NCBI GenBank assembly: GCA_907165135.1
Contig: OU015569.1
Span: 9,015,889 to 9,079,888, forward strand
DNA from: Oikopleura dioica
Lineage: Eukaryota; Animalia; Chordata
Length of the DNA: 64,000 nucleotides
Direction: 5' to 3'
In this document: piece by piece, positions 38,143 to 49,667 of the stretch
Position numbering within the stretch: position 1 is the stretch's first letter
Layout: the number at the start of each line of letters is the position of its first letter
The notes under the pieces: model-generated
Told to the model about the DNA's origin: nothing
What the model saw: the letters and a program-made list of their open reading frames with translations, nothing else
The model's database searches: none
Translations under genes and position numbers: made by a program

Positions 38143-38416
38143 TTTTTTATCCATTATTGTCTTTCCAAAAAGCGCGCAATGACACTCCCATATTCGAACT
38201 TTTGCAATTTGTCTATAAAAAACCGTGGAAATTGTCCCTTTTCACGAGCGATAAATCTTGCCTAGAGTAAATACTACCTGCCTTTTCGATTTTTCTCGAA
38301 AATCACGAGTCTTTCGGTATAAAAGTTTAAAGACCCCGCATGGATGTAATTTATGCATCCAGTGTTATACAAAAATTACGAAATTTGCGTCTTTAGAACT
38401 GTCTTGACTGGCTCGG

Positions 38417-38698
38417 ATGGACGAACAACAGCAAGCCGTAAAAGATGAGGCATCAGAAGTCGCCTGGTACGTAGCTTGTTACAAAAACATTATCAACCGG
38501 GATTTAGGTGGATGCGATGGCTCGCCACAGTTGCCGGTGTTATCGGTGGTATCACTGCCTGTTTTGGTGGATTCTTTGGGCTTTTCAAGGGCGCCATCAG
38601 CCTTGATGCGGTGGAATTTATAGGCTATGCAATTATGCTTTTCCTAGGCTTTCTCATTTTCGTGATGGAGGGTACGGACAGCTCCTTTTACTAAAAAA
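38417..38698 (+). CDS. Small multi-pass membrane protein (hypothetical) with two exons. Additional exons may lie at 38858-39035.
   Basis: Exon 1 reads MDEQQQAVKDEASEVAW and ends at a gtacgt donor at about 38468. Exon 2, after an atttag acceptor at about 38509, reads WMRWLATVAGVIGGITACFGGFFGLFKGAISLDAVEFIGYAIMLFLGFLIFVMEGTDSSFY and ends with a stop. It contains two hydrophobic helices. The downstream ORF 38858-39043, MISYMMLASNSPFGSLGSIIVPFATGVLYGLMALGRKADRDQ..., is also transmembrane-like. Confidence 0.35.
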
Positions 38699-39664
38699 AC
38701 TATTTAATTCTTTCAGCTACTTTTGTTTGCCGCCCAGTCACATTTGCTCAACCGATAATCCAAAGAATGGACCGAGTGAGATTTTGGCATCGTGGAGCAA
38801 TCTACTGCGGGTATTTAATATTTACTGTCACTTTTAGTAACGAGATTTAGCCTTTCGATGATTTCTTACATGATGCTCGCTAGCAACTCGCCTTTTGGCA
38901 GCTTAGGCTCAATAATCGTTCCTTTCGCTACTGGCGTTTTATATGGATTAATGGCGCTTGGCCGAAAAGCTGATCGAGATCAGATGCTCGCCAACGCTGC
39001 CCGAAGTGACAACTATCAGCAGTTTGAGAATGAAGAACCCTAAAGTACTCAAGCTAAAAGATTGTTTCTCTACTGATGCTCTTTTCAGGCTCTTCTCGTG
39101 CCGTACTTATTCCAGATGTTACCTTAAATCGACGAAAATGCTCAAAACTTTGCAAAGTTATATTCATCAAATCTACTGCAATATCGTTTTTCTACTTAGT
39201 CCATTTTGCAATCCATTTCCATTCAACGTCATTATCAGAGATCTTACCGTCCGAGACTGGACTTTATTTTCACCGCTTACACGGACAAATTTCTTCAAGC
39301 AACTGTTGCTATGTCGTTTCTAATCGTTCTTTTATATTCTATATAATTCAAAGTTATTCAACACCTGTTATTTCTTTGTTCTAATTTAACATGAATAAAA
39401 ATATCCGAGTACAGAAAACTCCGGTGGAATAGTCCGTCAGTAAGAACAAAACACGGACGATTCGACCTTGAAGATTTCGCAAAATACTTTCCCTTTCCCG
39501 AGTCAGTACTGTCGTTAGCGATGTGAGAGCGCCATTCTGACTTTATAGCGTTTGCACAGGCACATAAAATTTTCATTTTATACGCTTAAAACAAGCTTCT
39601 AATAAGTATAAAATGAAACGTCGAGCTCGAAGTGATCAGTTCGAGCAAAAATCGAAATCAAAAA

Positions 39665-40778
39665 ATGAAGCTTGTCGCCGGAATCATCGCTGCCGCCTCC
39701 GCCTCTCAGGAGCTCTTCCAAGAATGGAAAGAGGAGCATGAGGTCGAATACGCTTCTCAGGTTGAGGAGGTTTCCCGATACAACGTCTGGATGAAGAACA
39801 AGGTAATTGAACGCACTTAGTGAACATGTTTCATTTGAATATTTAAGGCTTTCGTCGACGAGCACATGGCTGCGTACGAAGCCGGTGAGAAGACCTTCAC
39901 CGTCGGCATGAACAAATTCGCCGATCTCACCAGCGAGGAATTCGCCGAGCTCTACCTCGCCAAGGTCCAGGATCTCTCTGGCCCACACCCACCAATGTGC
40001 ACCGATTCCAGTGTCGCCGCAAACTCGACGATGCCAGCTAGCGCTGACTGGCGAACTGGTAATTGAACGCACTTTGTCAATATGATTCATTTGATTATTA
40101 AAGCCAACCCACCAGTTGTCACTCCCGTCAAGGACCAAGGACAGTGCGGCTCATGCTGGGCTTTCTCAACCATCGCTTCCCTTGAGTCCCAGTGGGCTCT
40201 TGCCGGAAACGCCCTTACCTCTCTCTCCGAGCAGCAGCTCGTTGATTGCTCGATGAACTGGGGTAACTACGGATGCTCGGGTGGTCTTATGACCCAGGGA
40301 TTCACATACATTCACGACAACAAAGGCGTCGACACTGAGGCCTCATACCCATACACCGCCGAGGACGGTAAATGCGTTTTCAACCCCGCTAACGTTGGAA
40401 CCAGCCTTTCATCCTGCTACAACATCGCCTCTGGTGATGAGGGCGCTCTCGCCAACGCTGTTCAGATGATCGGCCCTATCTCCGTTGCTATTGACGCTTC
40501 GCACATGAGCTTCCAGCTTTACACTTCCGGAGTTTACTACGAGCCCAACTGCTCCAGCCAGTTCCTTGACCACGGTGTCACTGCTGTCGGATACGGAACC
40601 TCCAATGGCGATGACTTTTTATCGTCAAGAACAGCTGGTCTGCCACCTGGGGTGACAACGGTTACATCATGATGTCTCGAAACAAGAACAACAACGTCAG
40701 TAAAAATTTCTCCGTTCATCGTATTATTTCCATTTTTAGTGTGGTATCGCCACCTCCGCTTCCTACCCCCAGCTTTAA
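39665..40778 (+). CDS. CTSL: Cathepsin L-like papain-family (C1A) cysteine protease with an I29 propeptide, in four exons. Exon 3 carries an apparent -1 frameshift, so the gene is either a pseudogene or affected by a homopolymer sequence error.
   Basis: Exon 1 (39665-39802) reads [46 protein letters not shown]. Exon 2 (39848-40058) reads [36 protein letters not shown]...MPASADWRT. Exon 3 (40104-40695) reads [33 protein letters not shown]...[13 protein letters not shown]...[15 protein letters not shown], then the frame breaks in a T5 run at 40616-40620 and resumes 1 nt out of phase as [26 protein letters not shown]. Exon 4 (40740-40778) reads [12 protein letters not shown] and ends with a stop. 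Catalytic Cys (CGSCWAF), His (HGVTAVGYG) and Asn (NSW) are all present. Confidence 0.85.
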
Positions 40779-40904
40779 GCGAAGGCTCTGTATTATAACC
40801 AGACTGGGTATTTTCCATACCCAAATTCACTGTTCTTCTTTCTTTCTTTCAAATGCAAATAAATTGTCAAAAGACGATAAAAAATCTTAAAAAATTCTCA
40901 TAGA

Positions 40905-42211
40905 ATGGTTTTTCCTCAGACATCAGTTCCTTCGCATTATATAACGGCTTCGGTGTATGATGGTGTCATTTCAGGTAACCGAAAGACCTCTTCAGTCACA
41001 CTTGAAATGTCGTTTTAAAGCAGGCATTAAGACGTTATGAAAGCATGCCGGGACGCGTTCATTGAGGAAGGTTACGATGAAGCAAGTCTGTTAGACGTCA
41101 AGCGTCTTTGGACGCGAAAACTCGCCGAAACCAAAGCGGTTACTCGACAACCTGGTCGCCAATCTCAGCAGCAGGTTGTCCGTCAACCTCAACAAATTGT
41201 GCGACAGCCTCAACAAGGTTTTTACTTCTGTCATTATTTATTTTTCTAGTTTCAGTCTATATACAACGACAAGTCAGTCAAGATGGCCGACCGATTCAGC
41301 GTAGACAATTCACTAGCAACGGGCAACCAGTTCAATACGTTCAATATAGAAGTAACCAGTCCCCAAATGTACAACAGTCGCCCCAACCGCAGCGCATCTA
41401 TGTTCAAAGGCCTCAACAAGTTCAGGAACCGCTCATTAATTCCAAGAAATAAGAGACCCACCCTTCAATGAATACGAGAAAAGAGCCTGTTTGAGACTCA
41501 ATACATAGTTCAACAACGTCCTCAACATTCCCAGCAGCAGCGACAGCCGCAGCAACAGAGAATCATAGTTCAAAATAACCGTGCCCAGAACCTATCCCCT
41601 GGTCCAAGCCACCGGGCTAGTCCAAACAGCAACCACGTTCATCAACTCGATGGAACAAGTGATGATAAACTTGAACTGGAATCAGAAGTCACCCCAGCTC
41701 CATCAATCGAAGTTCCCGAAACAAAATCAGCTCCTGCAAATCCACCTCCTATTCCTACAACACTTCCAGAATCTATCAGATCGCTGTTAGACGAAGATAG
41801 CGAAATTATTATCCAAATAGATGGCGTCGGCGATGATGTATCCTCAGGATCCTTGAGCTCATCTTCAAGTGACGATCCTGATTCTGACAGTAAGTTTCAT
41901 TTTGGAGATTACAGCTCAGTTTTCATTAAGCCGAACATGTCGACGAACCCGCTCTAAATTCTGACGATAATTGTCCCAGTCCCGGCGTCGATGAAACCTT
42001 TGATTGTGGTAAGCAATTTTACGTCCTTTTATGAATTCGGCCCTTTTATTCTTAACTGATTTTCATTTTTTAAGAAAACATCCTTGTATGCAAGTACGAT
42101 AAAATCACGCGAAACAAAAATCAATGGAAAATGCAAATAAAAGAAGGCATCATGAACATCAAAGGATACGATCATGTCTTCTGGAAAGCATTGGGCGACA
42201 CACCGTGGTAA
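40905..42211 (+). CDS. GTF2A1: Transcription initiation factor TFIIA large subunit (alpha/beta precursor) with a Q/P-rich middle region, in about six exons.
   Basis: Exon 1 (40905-40974) reads MVFPQTSVPSHYITASVYDGVIS. Exon 2 (41032-41217) reads DVMKACRDAFIEEGYDEASLLDVKRLWTRKLAETKAVTRQPGRQSQQQVVRQPQQIVRQPQQ, compared with human LYRSVIEDVINDVRDIFLDDGVDEQVLMELKTLWENKLMQSRAV. Q-rich exons follow at 41250-41870, ending ...IQIDGVGDDVSSGSLSSSSSDDPDSD, compared with the human VDGTGDTSSEEDEDEEED. A small exon at about 41960-41990 reads ...SPGVDETFDCG. The last exon, about 42075-42211, reads ENILVCKYDKITRNKNQWKMQIKEGIMNIKGYDHVFWKALGDTPW and ends with a stop, compared with human NVVVCQYDKIHRSKNKWKFHLKDGIMNLNGRDYIFSKAIGDAEW. 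Confidence 0.8.
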
Positions 42212-42921
42212 ACTTTTGCCACATCATCTTTACAGGAATTTCAACATGCTGAACCTTGAGAAAGCTTTCTTTTTAGAACAAAGATAGAAAAAATTGCTCC
42301 CTATATATATATCATCATAAAACTATTTCGGATCTGTTCTCCACCGTAATAAATACTCGCTTCAACTGCCGAAAAGAAATTAGAATCTTCTTTTTTCTAG
42401 AGCTTGTTCTTATTCATTAACTACATCTCTTCTGGAGGGTACATACGGTATGTAACATACCGTATTTTACATACGCCTTTATCTTTGATTTCGTCCCAAT
42501 AATTAAACTTTCTTGTGATGCTATTCAATGGTTTTTATACTGTGAAGTAACGATTGAAATCCAGAGTCAGCGTCTCCTGATCTGGACAAAGTTGAGACGC
42601 ACAAGAGTTTGGCTGCGCACACACTTGTACCGCGCTTCTGTGCGCGCGTAGATTGAGCATCAGTAGGTCAGAGAATGACACATATGAAGAGGAATTTTCA
42701 GAAAAGTTTGGCCTCCTTATTCTGCGGGATAACACGGACCGGATATGCATAAAGGATGCAATCAGCTATTCTTTGCTATTTATGAGTCACTACTGAGTCA
42801 TATTCTTAGTCTGAGGCAATTATCGCCACGTGAAAATAAGTTTCGCTTGTTATTTATTATTATTATGCATTTTGGTCGCATGGAAAAACGTAAAAATGTT
42901 TTTTAGAGTGAGTATCGCGCG

Positions 42922-45900
42922 ATGGAGAAAATTAGAGAGATTTGTGTTGACCTGCTCAACCCCGAGAAGGCTGCTGCGGCCACCGCGCGAATGAAGGCAA
43001 GCAATCTACGGTTTCTGCTGCTAACTGTTCTTTAGGAAATTAAGAATGACAAAAGCTTGCTTCCCAATCTGATGCAGCTTACCCTATCGGACCATGACGC
43101 CTCGGTTCGCCAAATGGCGGCTGTTCTCCTGCGAAAAGATATCGCACGAAAGGTTCGATCAGGCAGTCTCCTTCGAAAGTAAAATTGAGTTAAGTTTTCC
43201 ACTCTTCAAGCCAACGAACAAAATGCAATTCGGGAACACATGCTGCAATCACTGACAACTGAAGAAGTCGCCTCTGTTTGGTCTGCAGTTGCTGAGGTTA
43301 GATTCATTTCTCAATCAAGAACATAAATATTTTTAGATTTGCTCTGGTATCCTCAGAAAGAACAATGAGTGGCCGGATTTCTTCAACCTCGTTCAGCAAG
43401 CTTGTGAATCGCAACCTGCGAAAGGAGCAGAACTTCTTGCGCGTATGGCGACCTCCGCACCAGCTGTAGTCCGAGAAAAGACCACGCAAGCTAAATGCCT
43501 CGAGCTCATCGGCAGCTGTCTTAACAACAATGAAGCAACTTCTCTCCACCAAGCTCTACGTGCGCTCGGCGCCATTTTGACGGAGCTCGATGAGTCTAAC
43601 CAAGCCGCCGCCAAATCTCTTTTGCAAAAATCTGTGGGTGCTGTCCAGTGCATCGCTGAAGCTGGTGAAGGTGATTGGGCTGCGGAAGGTTTCGAAGTCT
43701 TCCAGTCTGCTCTCGACTGTCCAGTCAGTCTTCTTAACGCAGATGCTCTCAAAGATCTTTCTACATGGGCTGCTCAAGTCTTCGGAACTGGTGATGCAGG
43801 TGAGTTAACGGGGATGTAGATAAAATAAAAATCTTTGTGCGATAGATCCCGCTCTTCGATGCTGTGCGGGTAACTTCTTGACACAGGCTGTGTCCGCAAA
43901 GTCGAAGTTTATTAAAAAGAAAAAAATGACACAAGATCTTATGCATCTTTGCTTCCCTATTCTCATGGAAGATGAAGAGGACGAAGATGACGAAGAAGAA
44001 GATACTCCTCGATCGATCGCTCTTCAACTTCTTGATACTATTTCAATCAAGCTTCCCAACACAGAAGTTTTGGGCGTTATCATGGAGTTTGCGACTCGTG
44101 CGTCTCAAGGTAAAAATGATGCTGTGAAAACGATTGACAGTTTTATCTTGAATAGGTCAAGCTCATCAGAAGCGTGCTGCCTTATCAGCTCTGGCGGTCA
44201 TCTGCGAAGGGTGCGCAAGCCCTCTTATCGAGGCTGGTCACGTCGAGTCCCTTGTAACCTTCGCTTGTGAGTCCCTTCAGAGCGATAACCCAGCTCTTCG
44301 AGGTGCAGCCCTCTACGCTTTGGGCCAGTTCGCCGAACAGATGGTTGGAGCAATGACCGAATTTGCGCCTAGAGTTCTGCAGCTCGTTACTGGACTCTTG
44401 GAAAACTCGCCGGATGATCTCATGAAAGTACGTGTATTCAAAAGATTCTTTTGATGTTGACGTGTTTGATTTTTGATTTTCATTTATTCGCAAGATTTTT
44501 CGACCTATACACTGTATAGTATACAGGTTTTCTTCAGGCGGACTACGGAAAGATCTCGCGAATAAATGAAAATCAAAAATATTCGATAGATGTCTAGGGC
44601 CTAGACTCTAGGCAAAGTATTTTGATTTGGTTTGTGGTCACGCTTATTCTTCAGCACAGTCAATTGGAAAAAGGTCTCTATTGCATCGAACAGCTTGCTG
44701 AAACGCTCGATGAAGATCAGATCGAGAGCCTTCTTCCATCCCTTATGAGCTCGATGCATCGATTCATGCAAATGGGTAATTCTGACAAATGTCAAGTCGC
44801 TACTCTTGCTGTATCTGCTCTTGGAGTTATCATCGCCTGTGCCGAAAATGTTATCGGCCCTCATCTTCATAACTGCATCTCTATGCTTGAAGGCCTTTTG
44901 CCCAAATCCGCGGCCGCTACTGCCGAAGACACTCCTGAAAACATCATGCTCCAAGCTTCTGCCTTGGACACTCTTGCCACCCTTGCTTCAGCCGCTGGTG
45001 AATCTTTCGTTCCAATGGCTGCCGACTCTCTCTCACTTGCTGGACAGCTCGTTTCTGCTGAAACTGACCCTGATATTCGACGTGCTGCCCTCAACCTTTC
45101 TTGCTCGGTTGTCTCCCTTCCAAACTCCCCTCCACAGCTTCTCGAAGCTGTTCCTCGAATCCTCGAATGTTTGATGGAGACTCTCAAGTCCACTGAAGGC
45201 ATCGGTGTCAAGATGATTGGTGATGACGATAACGAAGTCTCTGCTGCTTTCGAGGCTGAGGACATCGATGATGATATCGAAGACGGCGACGACGGTGAAG
45301 AGATTGAACACTTCACCATTGAAAACTCCTACATGGAAGAGAAGCATACCGCGCTCTCCAGCATCATTCGCATGGCGCAGAAAATTCCCGAACAGCTCGC
45401 GAATGCCAGCACTGAACTCTATAACGAGTGCAAGAGCTTAACCGACTTTGTTAACGAAGATGTTCGTAAATTCGCTTGTGCTGCTCTTATTCACCTTGGC
45501 CATGCCATGTTCAAGGTTTCTGGTAATGAAGCTGCTCTCGTCGAGGCTGTTACTAAAGGAATTGACACAATCGGAACCGATGCTGATCACGGGTGTGCCC
45601 TTCTCATCATGGCTGAAATCTCGGAGGTTCTTGACACTTACAAGAAACCCATCGAGACGAAACGAATCTTGGAAACTGTCCGAATGGCCATGATGGGCGA
45701 ACTCATCTGCATGATGGGTAAGTGACCGCTATTAATCTTTCGTATTAATTGAACTTAGATGATGATGACGAAGAAGATTCTGGTGTCAAGCTTGATGAAG
45801 AAGCCTCAGGTAACTAACTCTTACTACTCCAAGGCGATGTATTTAAAATAATTTTAGAAATCGAGCGTGAAATTCTCGACGGAGCTGGAGAGCTTCTCGT

Positions 45901-46721
45901 CGCTGTTGCCGCTGTTGATCCTCAAGGCGTTATCACCGAGGGTCTTGCGGACATTTTGCCGGCTGCTGCAGCTCTGATGAAGAAGCCCGATTCCGGTTCT
46001 AAAGCGTGTGCCATCGGTATCCTCGGTGATATGTTCGACACCCTCGGCTCCAACTGTGCCGAAGGCTTCGTCAAGCAGCTGCTTCCAGTTTTCATGAGAT
46101 TTACGTCATCCGAAGATGATAACATCCGCAACAACTCTGTTTATGGTGTTGGTGTCCTCGTCGCTACCTCTGGCGAGACTGGCATCTCTATGATTCCAGA
46201 AGCTCTCAAATCCCTTCCACTCAACGAGTCCAAAAATATGCAAGTTAGAGTAAGTCATCATCGTCTTTTGCATATTTTTCAAAGGTCTTTTAAGGACAAT
46301 GTGACTGGCGCTATTGCCAGAATGCTCTATGCTGGACACGCTGAAACTCGTGCTGCGTATTCCTCTCAATTCTTGGCCCGTCTTCCATTGACAGAAGATC
46401 ACACCGAATGGCGAATGACCTTGGAGGTTATCGAAAAACTTCTCACTGAAGGAAACCAGGAAGTTCTTGGACGACTTCAAGAACTTGCTGGGCACTGTTT
46501 GAACTCTGTCAACAACTTGAATCCAGAGATTACCTCTGACAAAAAGACCATTTTGAAAATCGGACAGGTGAGATATAGCTTCCCCTTCAAAGGATCTTGT
46601 CATAATTTAGTTTATGTCACAACTATCTGGAGCTGATCCGAATATGTTTGCTGAGCTCAAAAAGAGCTCGCCTGAAAAAGTCTGGAATAAGATTGTGAAA
46701 GTCAACACTAAAATCAACTGA
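42922..46721 (+). CDS. IPO4: Importin-4-like karyopherin-beta (HEAT-repeat nuclear import receptor) in many exons.
   Basis: The N-terminal exons read MEKIREICVDLLNPEKAAAATARMK / EIKNDKSLLPNLMQLTLSDHDASVRQMAAVLLRKDIARK / ...HMLQSLTTEEVASVWSAVAE... The 43330-43800 region reads ...NNEWPDFFNLVQQACESQPAKGAELLARMATSAP... The exon at 44647-45720 is collinear with human IPO4 residues of about 560-800 and reads ...LQASALDTLATLASAAGESFVPMAADSLSLAGQLVSAETDPDIRRAALNLSCSVVSL...EGIGVKMIGDDDNEVSAAFEAEDIDDDIEDGDDGEEIEHFTIENSYMEEKHTALSSIIRMAQK...VRKFACAALIHLGHAM..., including the acidic loop and ENAFFDEKEDTC-like segment. The 45960-46560 region reads ...FVKQLLPVFMRFTSSEDDNIRNNSVYGVGVLVATSGE...DNVTGAIARMLYAGHAE...LPLTEDHTEWRMTLEVIEKLL... 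The last exon ends ...KVNTKIN with a stop. Confidence 0.85.
44469..44580. repeat. Intronic hairpin inside an importin-4 intron, with 28-bp inverted-repeat arms and a 56-bp loop.
   Basis: The left arm ATTTTTGATTTTCATTTATTCGCAAGAT (44469-44496) and the right arm ATCTCGCGAATAAATGAAAATCAAAAAT (44553-44580) are reverse complements with one mismatch. Confidence 0.5.
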
Positions 46722-47323
46722 TTCTATCCCGAAGATGTACTCACAAATACTCACTAGCGTAGTTGCTTACGCCAGCCACAAACTGTTTCTATTTTTCTTC
46801 ATTTATGTGCAAAACCAGTTACCAACCTGTAAGTCCGATCCCCAGAATGCTCAACAGATATTGAACAAGTGGGCTTTGCGAGTGAAAAACGAGTTTTAAC
46901 TATTGAGCGTAAACACATGTTTTCTTTTGTATGTCAGTTCAAACCTAGTTATTTCACCCTCAAAGTCCAAATAAGAAGGAACCGTCAACCAAAGATGTTC
47001 AGCTGCAACAGTCATCCCTAAGTAATTTATTCAATAAATTAACACTTATGTGGAAAAGGAAAATATATTCAAAATAGTCATTGACCAGTTGTGGTAAATG
47101 ACTTATGTGCGTTGTTGATTTTTTACAGGATAATGCATTTCGTTGGCTTTACTTTCTTGAAGCTGTGTTTGTTCACGGCGAGCTCATAGCTATTACGTCG
47201 ACTATCCTTTTTCTTCGATAAGGCTGATCGGCGTATGCTGGCAGAAACTTGGTTGATATAACGGATGATTGCTACTACCATTAGATCTTTCTTTCGGATA
47301 CATAAACTCTCATATGTCTGTAG

Positions 47324-49120
47324 TTAGTGAGCTTTGGTTTCCGCTCCTAAGAGACCAATGACGGAAGTTAAGCTCATTCCAAGAACAAGACCAGCAGCCC
47401 CGCCAACATCAGATAGAAACTGCTCGGGCCCGTAGTCTGGAACTTTCGGTAGAGGGTGCGAAATAAATAATTCAAAATCAATTTTTCTGATGTGAAGTAT
47501 TTCTGCTCGCTCCTTCCTCGTGAACTGTTCCACGGACTTCGGCTAGATACACGACAGCTGCGGACATGTTCTCGACATTGATACGTGAGCTTCGAACTAT
47601 CTTCGCCGCATCTTTATAATTTCCATACTGAACAATTTCGCCTTTTGGCTGACGCTCTTCGCAAGCACTCATGCACCCGCATTGCCCATAATCAAACATT
47701 TTACTTGGATACGGTTCAATATTATACTTCATAAAGAAGCTTTCGAAATTTTGAACCATGAATAAGGCGTGATACGCAGACAGCGTGCTCTAATAAAGTA
47801 CACGCTGGATGACTCGGGGCTGAAGTAAATTGGATCGAGTATTCTTTCTTGATTTCAATATCTTACTATAATGAGACGTCGATAAATATCTCGGCATACA
47901 CCCGCAAACGCCAGATATCGTTTTTGCCAAGCACTCATTCAGACACTCCAAATGGTTTAGTTACAGTTCAAGTCAGAAGTTTTGACTCAAAACTATTATA
48001 AGCCAATCTAAACCATTCCTGATGCTCGGTATATGTAGGGTAGTAATCTAACCAGTTTTTTGTCTTTTTACCAACACACTTAGAATAAGGAGCTCCGAGC
48101 TTCTTCAACTTGAGCTGCAAGATGGAGACCCTAAAATATTAGAAGAAGCTTCTATGAGTCTTGCAATTACATCGGAACTGCTCCCGGCGGCATTGAGATT
48201 GAATACAGCTCGTCAAGTGTCCCTTCAGTAGGGTCAGAATAGTAGAGTGTGAGTCCGGCGAGAAAGTGGTACCAACCAATTGAAGAATCTTATTAATTCA
48301 GTAAAATTTCAACATAAGCTTTCACCTGATTGATTGTAGCCAATAACGACTGACAAGGACGCTTTTCTCCCTATCGATGTTTTCTTCTCAATTTTCGCCA
48401 TATCCGGATTAAACTTAAAATGTTCAATGTCGACTCTAAGGAAAATTTCTTTTACTTGCATGCACTTTCCATAGCGCGTGAAACCATTTGTCCAAGAGCT
48501 TATACATCCTCTTGTCATGTAACGACAGCCAAGGAGAGCAAACTCCGCTTTCTTAGGATTCAAAATTTCATAAATTTTCATTCGACATTGAGACGAAGTA
48601 AATCCATTTCATGAGTATTTTCGATAAATTCATCGTAACTAATATTGCTTAGTATGACGCTGTCATTCTTTTCCCCACTTGGAGTAGCTTTGTCGATATA
48701 CGATCCGGTATATAGTTCGGATATCAGATGAATGTTCACGTGTGGATACTTTTCTTTAATTTTTCTATGGATATCTGAGATTTGAACAATGTGGTAGTCG
48801 AATACCTTCTACTGTGCATTCCGTTTATGCAGATCGTCACCTTCGGGAAACGAACATGCTCCTCCCTATTCAAGCTCGGTTTGACTGAACATGGATAGCT
48901 GAAGTATTTATCGGCATTTAGAATAATCTATTCCCAGTTTTACGTCGTTGACATAGAAGTCTTTAATAATTATTGAACTGTAAAACCATAGCATGTACGT
49001 AGTATGAATAATTCCAACAATAATCATACACAGCCAAAACGCTCGTCGAGCCCCATGAACTCGCTTTTCAAAAATATAGCCACAACTTCCAGGCGCCGCA
49101 AAGTTTCGGTAATGATCCAA
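47324..49120 (-). CDS. Degenerin/epithelial Na+ channel (ASC/ENaC/ASIC family) subunit, in several exons.
   Basis: The N-terminal exon, ORF 48908-49120 (-), reads MDHYRNFAAPGSCGYIFEKRVHGARRAFWLCMIIVGIIHTTYMLWFYSSIIIKDFYVNDVKL, the ENaC-type FA..T..HG.......R..W TM1 signature. ORF 48309-48581 (-) reads ...NPKKAEFALLGCRYMTRGCISSWTNGFTRYGKCMQVKEIF... ORF 47478-47759 (-) reads ...YGQCGCMSACEERQ...IVQYGNY..., the cysteine-rich pre-TM2 region. ORF 47324-47533 (-) reads ...PDYGPEQFLSDVGGAAGLVLGMSLTSVIGLLG, the TM2 and selectivity-filter region, compared with LLSDIGGQLGLFIGASILTVLEL. Confidence 0.65.
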
Positions 49121-49667
49121 ATATTCAATCGGTTTGCATTCATCTCTTTTGCTATAACTCGTTAAATCAGTTCTCTACTAAAATAAATACCAGTCTAACT
49201 TGTTTTCGATGACAGTCATGATATGGAAAAACTTTTCCTTCACACAGCCGGAGTGAGTGAACCGCTGGAATCAATAAGTTACCAAAAGTGTCGAATTTTT
49301 AATCATTTTTTCGGGTTTAATACAGTTTACCTGCAGATTGCAAGAAATCATGTGGAAGATGTCAGAGTTACAGTGATGTGCAGACTGTCAATTCGTTCGT
49401 TCTTTATGAAAGTAGTTTATTACCAAATAAGATTTTTTGTTATCATGCAGATAAAATATATTTCAACTATCAAATTGTGGTTATTAGCTGCCATCGAAGA
49501 AGTTTTCTTTCTGCTCGTCATAATAGCTTCTTAGCTCTTGAAGGGCCTTTCTTTGGTTCTCTTCGTTAACAATGCTCAGCTCAGGATAAATGCAGTTCCA
49601 TGCGATGAGAATGGCGGTGACAATGGCGAAAACTTAATCTTATTTTGAATAACATTTTAAGCCAGAT

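Noticed and set aside
41250-41870. Gln/Pro-rich low-complexity ORFs, possibly a separate prion-like or Q-rich gene
   Set aside because: They are in frame and phase with the flanking TFIIA-L exons. They correspond to the known Q-rich spacer between the alpha and beta regions of TFIIA-L.
42560-42700. GC-rich segment with short palindromes upstream of importin-4, CTGCGCACACACTTGTACCGCGCTTCTGTGCGCGCG, considered as a possible snRNA or other small RNA gene
   Set aside because: It has no recognisable snRNA, snoRNA or tRNA sequence elements such as an Sm site, box C/D or A/B boxes. It is more likely a promoter or 5'-UTR region of the importin gene. I left it unannotated.
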